NCBI GenBank assembly: GCA_963768425.1
Contig: CAVYHV010000008.1
Location: 32,001 to 96,000, forward strand
Reading direction: 5' to 3'
DNA from: Candidatus Bathyarchaeota archaeon
GTDB taxonomy: Archaea > Thermoproteota > Bathyarchaeia > Bathyarchaeales > Bathycorpusculaceae
DNA: 64,000 bases
In this document: positions 54,548-63,651 of the stretch, piece after piece
Position numbering within the stretch: position 1 is the stretch's first letter
Layout: the number at the start of each line of letters is the position of its first letter
Notes under the pieces: model-generated
Database searches by the model: none
What the model was told of the DNA's origin: nothing
What the model saw: only the letters and a program-made list of their open reading frames with translations
Translations under genes and position numbers: made by a program

Positions 54548-54892
54548 CTAAGGCAGGGTTTCGCCCCATTGCCGAATTGCCTCAAAGACAGGAAGAAACG
54601 TCAAACCCTGCTCGGTTAAAGTGTACTCAACTCTGGGCGGTACCTCAGGATATACTGTCCTCGTGACAATTTTACTTTTTTCAAGGTCTCTGAGATGCTT
54701 CGTGATGGTTTTGGAGTTCACGTCGCCCATTCTTTTTTGCAGTTCGCTAAAACGCAGTGTCCCGTCCTTAAGGCTCCAGATAATGAATAGGTTCCATTTG
54801 CTGCCGATTATTCCAAGCACACGAACAAACTTCAAATGTGCTTTATTTTCAGATTCCAAGACAATCCACCTATACTTACTTATTGGAAACAA
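54548..54892 (-). CDS. HxlR family wHTH regulator
   Basis: IGSKW, RFSEL, YPEVPPRVEYTLT. Confidence 0.93.
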   Translation of the reverse strand: MFPISKYRWIVLESENKAHLKFVRVLGIIGSKWNLFIIWSLKDGTLRFSELQKRMGDVNSKTITKHLRDLEKSKIVTRTVYPEVPPRVEYTLTEQGLTFLPVFEAIRQWGETLP

Positions 54893-54962
54893 TGTTACTA
54901 TTAGACTTCTGGCGTATTTTAATATTGCTGGTGAATAAAGTAATCATGTCTAAAGAGATAAA

Positions 54963-55655
54963 ATGGATAGTGGTGCAAAAATGAAAGTGCTAGCTATAAA
55001 CGGAAGCGGCAGAAAACATTGGAACACGGCAATTCTGCTGAATAAAGCCCTTGAAGGCGCAGCGTCGAAAGGAGCCCAGACAGAACTCATTCACCTATAC
55101 GACCTTAATTTCAAAGGATGCACAAGCTGCTATGAATGCAAGCTAAAGAATGGGGCATCATTTGGCAAATGCTCCGTTAAAGATGAATTATCAGTTGTGC
55201 TTGGCAAGATTGAAGCGGCTGACGCGCTAATCCTCGGGTCGCCTATTTATCTGGGAACGATACCTGGCGTAATGAAGTCGTTTCTGGAGCGTTTGGTGAC
55301 CCCTTACATGGGTTTAGACGCCGACGGTGACCTAGTTTCCCTCTTCCCGAGACAAATACCGACTGGGTTCATTCATACCACGGGAGGCGACGAAAACCAC
55401 CTGAAAGCTATGGGAGTTGAAAACCACATCAGAAGCAACGAAATGATGATGAAAATGGTTTTCGGATCGGTGGAATCACTCGTCGTTTCGGATACACTGC
55501 ACGTTGACGACTACTCAAAGTACGCTATGCCTTTTGACGCCGAAGAAAAAATGAAGAGGAATAAAGAAGTGTTTCCTTTGGACCGTGCGAAAGCGTTTGA
55601 AATGGGAGTTAGCCTTACCCAGGAAAAGTCGGTCCCAAAGGAGCAGGCGGTTTAG
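54963..55655 (+). CDS. NADPH-dependent FMN reductase / iron-sulfur flavoprotein family
   Basis: INGS.R..NT, CTSCYEC..C, GSPIY, FLERL. Confidence 0.88.
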   Translation: MDSGAKMKVLAINGSGRKHWNTAILLNKALEGAASKGAQTELIHLYDLNFKGCTSCYECKLKNGASFGKCSVKDELSVVLGKIEAADALILGSPIYLGTIPGVMKSFLERLVTPYMGLDADGDLVSLFPRQIPTGFIHTTGGDENHLKAMGVENHIRSNEMMMKMVFGSVESLVVSDTLHVDDYSKYAMPFDAEEKMKRNKEVFPLDRAKAFEMGVSLTQEKSVPKEQAV

Positions 55656-56513
55656 GTGAGCGTTGACATTTACTATTTCTCAGGCACAGGCAATTCACTG
55701 GTAGTCGCCAGAGATATTTCACAAAAAACTAATGGAAAACTGGTATCCATGCCTTCGGTCATGAGTAAAGACAGAATTGAAACCGATGCCCAGGTGATCG
55801 GAGTTGTTTTTCCAATTCAGGGAATGTTCCGCGTTCCGTCTATAGTCGAGAGATTTGTTGGGAAACTGGATGGCGTTAGTTCAAAGTACATTTTTGCGGT
55901 CACCACATTCGGAAGCATGCCGGTCTGGGTAATCAAAAGATTTCGCAAAGTGGTCGAATCTTGTGGCGGCAAGCTTTCAGCAGGTTTCGCAGTACACATG
56001 CCAATGAACAACATCACTCTTCCCTCATTCACGTACAGCGGAGAAGTTGGAAGTAAAGAACAGAAGTTATTTGCAGACTGCCGCGGCAAAGTCAATTTTA
56101 TTTGTGAATACGTAAACGCCCGAAAGGAAGGCAAATTTGAAGCATCCAACAGGCTGTTCCTTTCCCTGTTTTATCCTGTTGACAGAATATATGGGCGATG
56201 GCGAATCGAAAGCAAATACAATAAACTTAAAAACTCACATCTCACCCAAGACGAGCTTTTTCCTCTGATGGATGTCAGCTTCCACTCTGATGAGAAATGC
56301 GATGGCTGCGCAATTTGCTCAAGAATCTGCCCTGTTGGCAACATAAAAATGGTTGTTGGTCAGCCCGTTTGGCAGCATCACTGTGAACGGTGCATGGCAT
56401 GCTTGCAGTGGTGTCCGAAGGAAGCTATAGAATTTGACCATGATTCGATTGGCAGAAAAAGGTATCATCACCCAGATGTGAAGCTTTCAGACATGTTGAC
56501 GGTTAAGAACTAA
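55656..56513 (+). CDS. EFR1 family flavodoxin-ferredoxin fusion
   Basis: YFSGTGNS, MP.N, CDGCAIC..ICP, CERCMAC..WCP, RYHHP. Confidence 0.92.
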   Translation: MSVDIYYFSGTGNSLVVARDISQKTNGKLVSMPSVMSKDRIETDAQVIGVVFPIQGMFRVPSIVERFVGKLDGVSSKYIFAVTTFGSMPVWVIKRFRKVVESCGGKLSAGFAVHMPMNNITLPSFTYSGEVGSKEQKLFADCRGKVNFICEYVNARKEGKFEASNRLFLSLFYPVDRIYGRWRIESKYNKLKNSHLTQDELFPLMDVSFHSDEKCDGCAICSRICPVGNIKMVVGQPVWQHHCERCMACLQWCPKEAIEFDHDSIGRKRYHHPDVKLSDMLTVKN

Positions 56514-56675
56514 CAATACAAATCGAGAAAAGCACAATTAAAGAATAAGTGCTATGAGCGAGAGAATGGATAATATTTCTGGCGAAAGAGTTAATATTCA
56601 CATATTTCCTCGAATTTGACTTTAAAAGGCGCTAATTGTGTTAAACAAGTTTCATTTTTCGATTAAGTAAAAGGT

Positions 56676-56716
56676 TGGCGTCCCGCTGGGATGCGTTTAA
56701 ACTATTAAGCGGATCC
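56676..56716 (-). repeat. repeat unit 1: tRNA 3'-end fragment plus 28-bp palindrome (att-like)
   Basis: TGGCGTCCCGCTG GGATGCGTTTAA ACTA TTAAGCGGATCC. Confidence 0.85.
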
Positions 56717-56956
56717 TGAAGGAATAGCGGACTGAAACCTTTTCTGACATGAACAAAGTGAGCCGAACCGGGAACTTACTCCAAAGGGTTCAGAACCTTA
56801 ATAATATGTCAGAAACGCCAAAGGTTCCTTTAAGTGCTGACTGATACCTACATTTGGTTAGAAACTCAACTGGTTACTTTCGTTGTTAATTCGGAATGCA
56901 ACCACACCATTTTTATTTCACTTAGGAAAGTAGCCTATCGTTGAGGATGCTGATTT

Positions 56957-59792
56957 ATGACTACACAAAATAATCCTAATTATGCGGCGGAACCAAAAAC
57001 CATCAAAATACCTCCAGTTTACTTATATCTCTTCTCTGAAGGGGATGGAAAAAACAAGAAACTTTTAGGAGGTAAAGGCGCCGGTCTTTGCGAGATGACC
57101 CAGATTGGTTTACCGGTTCCCCCAGGGTTCGTGATAACAACCCAAGCTTGCCTCGAGTATTTTGATGGCGGCTTCAAGCTGCCGAAGGGACTTGCGGACC
57201 AAGTTAGGCAGGCGATGTCTCAGCTGGAGAAATCCATGAAACTGGGCTTTGGTGATTCTGAGAAGCCGCTTCTGGTTTCCGTCAGAAGTGGCGCGGCAAT
57301 TTCAATGCCCGGCATGATGGATACGGTCCTCAATTTGGGACTCAACGACGAGACCGTCCTCGGACTAATCAAGAGAAGCGGAGATGAACGCTTCGGCTGG
57401 GATTCGTACCGCCGATTTATCTCGCTTTTTGGCGAGATCGTGCTGAAAATTAACAGTGACCTTTTCCACAATGCGATGGAAGCCCTGAAGAAGGAAAGGA
57501 ATGCGGCATATGACATGACCCTTTCTTCGTTCGACCTTCAGGGGCATGTTGAAACTTTCAAGCGTATAATTGAGGATAACGTTGGCAAACCTATCCCGAA
57601 TGACCCATATGAGCAGCTATTTATGGCTATAGAAGCGGTGTTTGCCTCTTGGAATGGAAAGAGAGCTGTAGATTATAGGCGTGAATTCAAAATCACACCT
57701 GAGATTGCTAATGGCACTGCGGTGAACGTACAGGCGATGGTTTTTGGCAACGTTGGTGAGCATTCTGCGACTGGAGTAGTTTTCACGAGGAATCCTAGCA
57801 CCGGCGAAAACGTGCTTTTTGGAGATTACTTAGAGCGGGCGCAGGGTGAGGACATTGTGGCCGGTATTCGAACTCCAAAGCCCATCCTTGAGATGAAACA
57901 GGCCATGCCCGAAGTTCATCGGGAATTGTTGAAGGTTCGGGAGACGCTTGAGACGCATTTTCGGGAAATTCAGGATATGGAGTTCACGGTGGAGAATGGG
58001 AAGCTGTTCATGCTTCAGACCCGTTCTGCAAAAATGAACATTGCAGCTGGGATGAAGACCTCGGTTGACTTGGTTAATGAAGGCTTGATTACGAAGGAAC
58101 AAGCACTGACGAGGCTTGATGCAGCCCAGCTTACTCAACTGATGTATAGCCAAATAGACCCGGAAAACAAAACTCCGCCCGTTACGGTTGGGTTGGGGGT
58201 TTCGCCCGGCGCCGCTTCTGGCGAAGTAGTGTTTGACGCAGATGAGGCTGAGCGGCAGAGCAAGACGCACGGCAAAAAAATTATCCTGCTCAGAGAGCAA
58301 ACTAAGCCTGAGGATATTCACGGTTTTTTCGCGGCGCAGGGCATCCTGACCACTGTTGGTGGGAAGACGAGTCACGCCGCCGTCGTTGCTAGGGGTATGG
58401 GTAAGCCATGCGTAACCGGAGCAGGGGGCATCAAGATTAATGCCGTAGACGAAGAGCGCGACGATTGGCGACCACAAAATCATTCAGGGTGATGTTATCA
58501 CGATAGATGGCACTTCTGGCAAGGTTTGGCTGGGTGAGGTTTCGATGGTGGAGCCAGAATTCTCAAAGGATATGAACACCATCCTGAAGTGGGCAGATGA
58601 GTTCCGCAGATTGGGAGTGCGAACGAACGTGGATACTCCGTCTGACGCGGCGAAGGCGCTTAGGTTCGGGGCGGAAGGAATTGGTTTGTGCCGCACGGAA
58701 AGGATGTTCAACGCTGCCGACCGAATCGGGATATTCCAGGAGATGATTTTGGCTGATTCGCCCGAGGATAGGGCTGCTACCCTGCGGAGGCTTCAGCCTT
58801 TGCAGAAGGAAGATTTCAAGGCCATGTTGAGGGTGATGCAGGGTTTCCCGGTCACAATACGGCTTCTTGATCCGCCGCTCCACGAGTTTCTGCCGTCGGA
58901 AGAGGAGATCCAGCGGCAAATCGACGTGTTGCAGAAGAGCAAGGTTGCTCTGGATAATGTTTGTAGGTTGCCAGAGATTCTTCGAACTTTAGACCCGCAG
59001 CTTGAACCATTCCTCACCGGGGATCAGCAAATGCTGAACAGTCTGGCGCGGCTTCAGAAGTCCGAGCTTGACAAGAAGCTGGAAACTCTCCAGAAGATAC
59101 GCGTCTTGAAAGAAGTTAATCCGATGCTGGGTCACCGCGGCGTAAGATTAGGAATTACTTACCCTGAAATCTATGAGACCCAAGTGGAAGCCATTCTTGA
59201 AGCGGCTGCAGAGCTTATCAAGGAAAAGGTTGCGGTTAAAGTGGAAATCATGGTTCCGAACGTCTGCACTGCAGAGGAACTGAAGCGGGTGGAGGAACTC
59301 ATCAAACGCGTCGAGCAGCAAGTCACTGAAAAAACTGGCGTAATCGTTCCGTACAAGTTTGGCTCAATGATTGAAGTCGTTAGGGCTTGCATGCGTGCCG
59401 GGAAACTGGCTGAGATGGCGGAGTTTTTCAGTTTTGGGACTAACGACCTGACTCAGGCAACGTTCAGCTTTTCGAGGGAAGATGCAGAGAACAAGTTCCT
59501 TCCGCTTTACAATCAGTTGAAGATTTTGCAGGATAACCCCTTTGAAATTCTGGACGTTAAGGGTGTTGGGCGACTGATGTCTATAACTGTGGAGTGGGGG
59601 CGAAAGAGCCGGCCCAATTTGGAGATAGGGATATGTGGCGAGCAAGGCGGTGAACCTTCTTCTATAGAATTTTGCCATGCTATAGGCTTGGATTACGTCA
59701 GTTGCTCACCCTATAGAATTTCTATTGCAAGGTTAGCTGCGGCGCAAGCCGCCATTAAGGAGAAAAAGGGCGAGCTAAAACAGTTTAAATAA
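56957..59792 (+). CDS. ppdK: pyruvate,phosphate dikinase (1 indel near 58460)
   Basis: LLGGKGA, PLLVSVRSGA..SMPGMMDT, GGKTSHAAVVARG, GIGLCRTE, NPMLGHRG, SFGTNDLTQ, GICGE.GG. Confidence 0.96.
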
Positions 59793-59876
59793 CACTCCTG
59801 ACAAGAATTATTTCTCCATTTCTTGCTTCAATATTTTAGTTAGCGTAAGATTTCTTGGAAAAATGATTGAATCCAA

Positions 59877-59918
59877 TGGCGGGCCCGCTGGGATGCGCTT
59901 AAATAATTAAGCGAATCC
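59877..59918 (-). repeat. repeat unit 2: 18-nt tRNA 3' end with CCA plus 28-bp palindrome (att-like)
   Basis: TGGCGGGCCCGCTG GGATGCGCTTAA ATAA TTAAGCGAATCC; reverse complement contains ATCCCAGCGGGCCCGCCA. Confidence 0.9.
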
Positions 59919-60677
59919 TCAACGCACTTAATTTTGAGTTGCCTCAGGTGCACCTTGGTCACCAACCCAAATTGAAAATCTGCCACATATCGGTTTTTCT
60001 ATTCGGTTAGCTTGCGCCGTATTAGTGTGAATTGCCGTCATTTATGACAAGTCGGGTTCTTGTTGGCATCTGGACAAACCTCAGCGGTTTGCTGTGTGTC
60101 CTCTTTAGTAATCTCCAAAGCATCGTCTCAGGACATATTACATTTCTGTTACTTGGGAGGCGCCCTAGCCGTTCGGATTACTTAGAACTAAATCAGGCTC
60201 AACATCGGGATTGCTTCAGAAACTGGCTCCCCAAACTTTCGCTAAATGATGAGCCACATATTCAGCCGCGTCCAGACAAACAGACTCTCCCTAACCTTAT
60301 CAAGGAAAGCTTGTTCTCGACAAACCGATAAGAATCTTTCAACTGATCAATAGTTTCTTGAGTTTTAGGTTTTCTTCTGCAGTGTTTATGTGTCATACTA
60401 ACAAGCCGCACTCCCAACTTTTGGATGAAGAGGGCGAAGAATGAAACAAAGTGGAGCTATCGCTAGCCGCCTAATATCGAACGCAGTAAATATAGCCACT
60501 TTCTTAAAAAAATTATTTGTTACGTCTTTTATCCCATGCAGGCGCGATTCATCAGAAGCATGTAAGTATTTTAATTGATGTCTAAACAGATGTGTTTCGA
60601 CAACTTTTTGATCAATTTTCATTAACGATCTAGTTTAAAAGACCCTTCTAACTACTGCATTATTAAGCGATGTTTTT

Positions 60678-61085
60678 ATGAGTAAAAAATTTAAAACTGT
60701 AAAGCAAAAAGTGATTATTAATGCCTCTCCCCAAGAAGTTTATGACGCCTATATTGACCCGAAAAAACGCAGCGAATTCACAGGATACAAAGCTACGGGT
60801 AAACCAGTGGTCGACGGCAAATTCACGGGTATTGACGGGCACATTTATGGGAAACTCCTTGAGCTTGAGGATGGAAAACGCTTAGTTCTAGAATGGACTT
60901 CTACCGATTATGATTATGGTCCTTCAAAGTTAGAGTTATGTTTCAACAAAGTGCCTGCAGGAACAGAGCTTGATATAGTAATTTCGGATGTTCCAGAAGA
61001 CCAAGCAGATGAAGACGCCGATGCCTGGACACAGTATTGGTGGGACCCACTGAAAAAGTACTTCAGCGATAAATCCAAAGCCTAA
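60678..61085 (+). CDS. SRPBCC/Aha1-like domain protein
   Basis: INASPQEVYDAY.DP, C-terminal W..YWWDPLKKYF. Confidence 0.9.
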   Translation: MSKKFKTVKQKVIINASPQEVYDAYIDPKKRSEFTGYKATGKPVVDGKFTGIDGHIYGKLLELEDGKRLVLEWTSTDYDYGPSKLELCFNKVPAGTELDIVISDVPEDQADEDADAWTQYWWDPLKKYFSDKSKA

Positions 61086-61439
61086 TTGACCAGTCAGTTA
61101 AGCCGAATTAGGCAACCCGCATTTCTTGTTCTCTATGTATCTATCTTTGGCTATGATTAAGAAGATCGTGGCTGGAACAGCAAGCAACAATATCAGCGAT
61201 ATAAAAATGGCCCATTGCATTGTTGAATTGAGACAAAAAATGATACTGATTGTTACGGTCCAATAACTTCCCCAACATCAATTTTGATATTCTTTCCTTG
61301 CAAATTAAGAAGGAAGGATAACAGGAGTTTGAGTGTACCGCTGCTAAACGCTTATTTCCATTTTCACACGGCACATTCGATTCCCATCAAACAACCTCTT
61401 GATTGCAATTAGCGCATCACGACTCCAAGATCATTTGCA

Positions 61440-61850
61440 GGCTTCACCCCAAATTTCTATAGCAAAGGATGTGAGCGCCCAATGCCAACCACTCTGCTCT
61501 GCAACGTACTCCCAAATTCCTTATCTAAGCGTTTATTCCTTCTCAGGATGCGGCGACTAACTTGGTGACGAGTAACCTTGAACTTCACAAGCTTTAAAGC
61601 TAAATCTTTCGGTAACAAGCCAGGCGAACCTTACTCAAAGAGCAAGCATAATTTCTCGGTCAACCTTATCGTCACAGGATATGCGCTCAATAATTGATTG
61701 GTCAAAACTGAAAGAGACCTTCAAGCCAGCAAAGATAGTACGGAGCATAGCTTGACCTCTTCAACCTCGAGCTAAGGTTTGTTTAAGAAGCTGCTGATTA
61801 TACTTCAAACGCCCAATCTTATTGCTCTGATTACGCTTCTTTTGGAGTTT
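61440..61850 (-). pseudogene. decayed wHTH-like gene (several frameshifts and stops)
   Basis: Across frames: KIGRLKYNQQLLKQ..EVEEVKAMLRTIFAGLK..IERISCDDKVDREIM..GSPGLLPKDLA.KL..FKVTRHQVSRRI...EQSGWHWALTSFA. Confidence 0.6.
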
Positions 61851-61938
61851 TTAAACGTTATTTTGACACAAACTGCAACGGTTTCAGCCGCAGTCTGCCC
61901 AGCAATGGTTTTTCAGAGACAGCCATCCGTTTTCTAAA

Positions 61939-61980
61939 TTGCAGGTCTAGTGGGATTCGCTTAAACTATTAAGCAAATCC
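61939..61980 (-). repeat. repeat unit 3: degenerate tRNA 3'-end fragment plus 28-bp palindrome
   Basis: TTGCAGGTCTAGTG GGATTCGCTTAA ACTA TTAAGCAAATCC, about 46 bp downstream of tRNA-Arg. Confidence 0.8.
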
Positions 61981-62026
61981 TAAACCAAAAGTAAACAAAA
62001 GCCCAACTTTAACATTACAAAGATAA

Positions 62027-62103
62027 CGGGCTCGCTGGGATTTGAACCCAGGATTCTCGGCTCCGGAGGCCTGATGCCTTAATCCGTGCTAGACTACGAG
62101 CCC
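62027..62103 (-). tRNA. tRNA-Arg(CCG), CCA not encoded
   Basis: GGGCTCG/CGAGCCC acceptor stem, CT-CCG-GA anticodon loop, CTGGG-TTCAAAT-CCCAG T arm; one extra A in the anticodon stem (bulge or read error). Confidence 0.92.
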
Positions 62104-62147
62104 ACACTTCATCAAACCAAACAATCCAGTAAATTTAAAGTAGCCGT

Positions 62148-62669
62148 TTATTCCTGGATTAATTCTTCGTCTATCCACCATGCCTTCTTCTTGCCTGACC
62201 GTTCCCCACCGTAATACTCAATGACGGATTTGCCAGCCTGTTTCCTTGAGGTTTTTTGGATTCTCCTTAGCCTGTTCAGTACTAGCCACCTGTTGGTTTT
62301 AAGGTACTCCGCCAACTCCGGTGTGGTTGCGCTCTTGTAATGCGTCAAGTACTCCATGATCTTGTGGTCGACCTCGTCCAGGCAAAAGCTGTGCGGGTTG
62401 GTTTTTCCATGCTGAAAAGTAAGAAGCTCTAAATCGGCAAGGTACTTTCTTATTTCGCCCAGCTCCCCTTCGATTTTGCCCATCCGCTCTTCCAAAGCCA
62501 AAACCTTGTCGGCCTTAGGCGTTTTCTCGAGTTTTTCGCTTATAGCTTCTCTGATAAAGTTGCTCCTGTCTCCTTCTGGAATACGCAGAGCCATCTCTTG
62601 GTAGACCGCTTCTGGTAATTTCACTGAAATTGTCTTTACTTGACTCAATTTAGCGCTCCCCTTTGGCAT
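62148..62669 (-). CDS. RHH + coiled-coil + wHTH DNA-binding protein
   Basis: TISVKLP...RSNFIREAI RHH; ATTPELAEYLKTNRWLVLNRL HTH. Confidence 0.8.
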   Translation of the reverse strand: MPKGSAKLSQVKTISVKLPEAVYQEMALRIPEGDRSNFIREAISEKLEKTPKADKVLALEERMGKIEGELGEIRKYLADLELLTFQHGKTNPHSFCLDEVDHKIMEYLTHYKSATTPELAEYLKTNRWLVLNRLRRIQKTSRKQAGKSVIEYYGGERSGKKKAWWIDEELIQE

Positions 62670-62919
62670 GTCATATCGACACTTACGTATTTCATTTTTT
62701 CCATAGTCAGCCCACTCGTTTACGAAAAATTAGATCCGTTGTATACCCCGCTCTCAATCGCAAGGCATGAAGCGGTTCGTAACGGCATTATGTTGAGGAG
62801 GATGGGTGAGTTTTAACCTGCAAGCTTAGCCGCTGAAGACATAGAGTACACTTCAATTCAGCAGATACTGTAGAAACTGGAGAAACGCTTAACGCCGGTA
62901 GAGAAAACCTAAGTTAAAG

Positions 62920-63483
62920 TTACTCTAGACAGATGGGTTGACCTACCAACTTAGCTAGCTCTATGTATCGTTGCTCAACCGTTTCGTGGATTTGGCTCCG
63001 AAGGTCTTCTGCTCCCAAGTTTTTCTCTTTCAACGCTGCCACTTTTTTGGCTAGGTCCGCATCGCCCATCCCAATGAACCAGGCTTCGAAGTCGCCGCGG
63101 TTCATGTGAAACAGTACGGACTCGGAATCCGCTTTTTCAACTTTGATTGCGAAATCCCGGATGCCGTGCGCATGTAAATTGAGAGGTCTCCCCACGCCGG
63201 CGAAGAAGTGGAACGCTTTGTCATGCGGCGCATAAGATAAAATCGCCTCAGCTTTTTCCTTGCTTAAATCGGGCATCTGGAGCGCTTCTTTTCCTTTGTT
63301 AGTTATGGCGTACAGCCCTTTTTCAGGAGTGCTCACGTACCCCATTCGTACGAGCCCCAAAATATGCATCATTGTAGGCTTGAAGTCTTTGCCGCTTTCC
63401 TTCGCCACATCCGTAGCCTTCACTGGTTTGTCGATCCGCAACAGGGTTTCCAGTATTTCTTTCTTGATAGGGGATAAACTCAT
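62920..63483 (-). CDS. wHTH + DUF5752 domain protein
   Basis: N-terminal wHTH; KAFHF...SVLFHMNRGDFEAWF..LA. Confidence 0.8.
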   Translation of the reverse strand: MSLSPIKKEILETLLRIDKPVKATDVAKESGKDFKPTMMHILGLVRMGYVSTPEKGLYAITNKGKEALQMPDLSKEKAEAILSYAPHDKAFHFFAGVGRPLNLHAHGIRDFAIKVEKADSESVLFHMNRGDFEAWFIGMGDADLAKKVAALKEKNLGAEDLRSQIHETVEQRYIELAKLVGQPICLE

Positions 63484-63651
63484 TTAAAGGCACCTTGCCA
63501 ATTAGGCTATGTGCAGCTTCCTAATCAAACTTTTCCCCTACAGCTGCTTCGAAGCTTTCTTTTTCGATGTTCCGCTCTTTGCCAACAGCGAGTTAAGCAA
63601 AGCTTTAGTATCAAGATTCCCATCCTAATGGTGAACTGGTGAAAGTTTAGG

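Noticed and set aside
56835-56851. GCTGACTGATACCTAC as the 3' end of a fluoride riboswitch upstream of ppdK
   Set aside because: The required 5' GGNGAUGG..UUC.CC element and pseudoknot partner are not present.
61080-61113. GCCTAAT...ATTAGGC inverted repeat at the SRPBCC stop as an integron attC site
   Set aside because: Only about 34 bp, cores deviate from RYYYAAC/GTTRRRY, no L boxes and no IntI; more likely a terminator hairpin.
56689-61980. The 28-bp palindromes as the chromosomal dif site
   Set aside because: There are three copies, each fused to a tRNA fragment, and the TAA/TTA spacer is 4 bp rather than 6; kept only as a resemblance.
62060-62075. Extra A in the tRNA-Arg anticodon stem as an intron or editing site
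   Set aside because: No bulge-helix-bulge motif; a single-base insertion matches the error pattern across the window.
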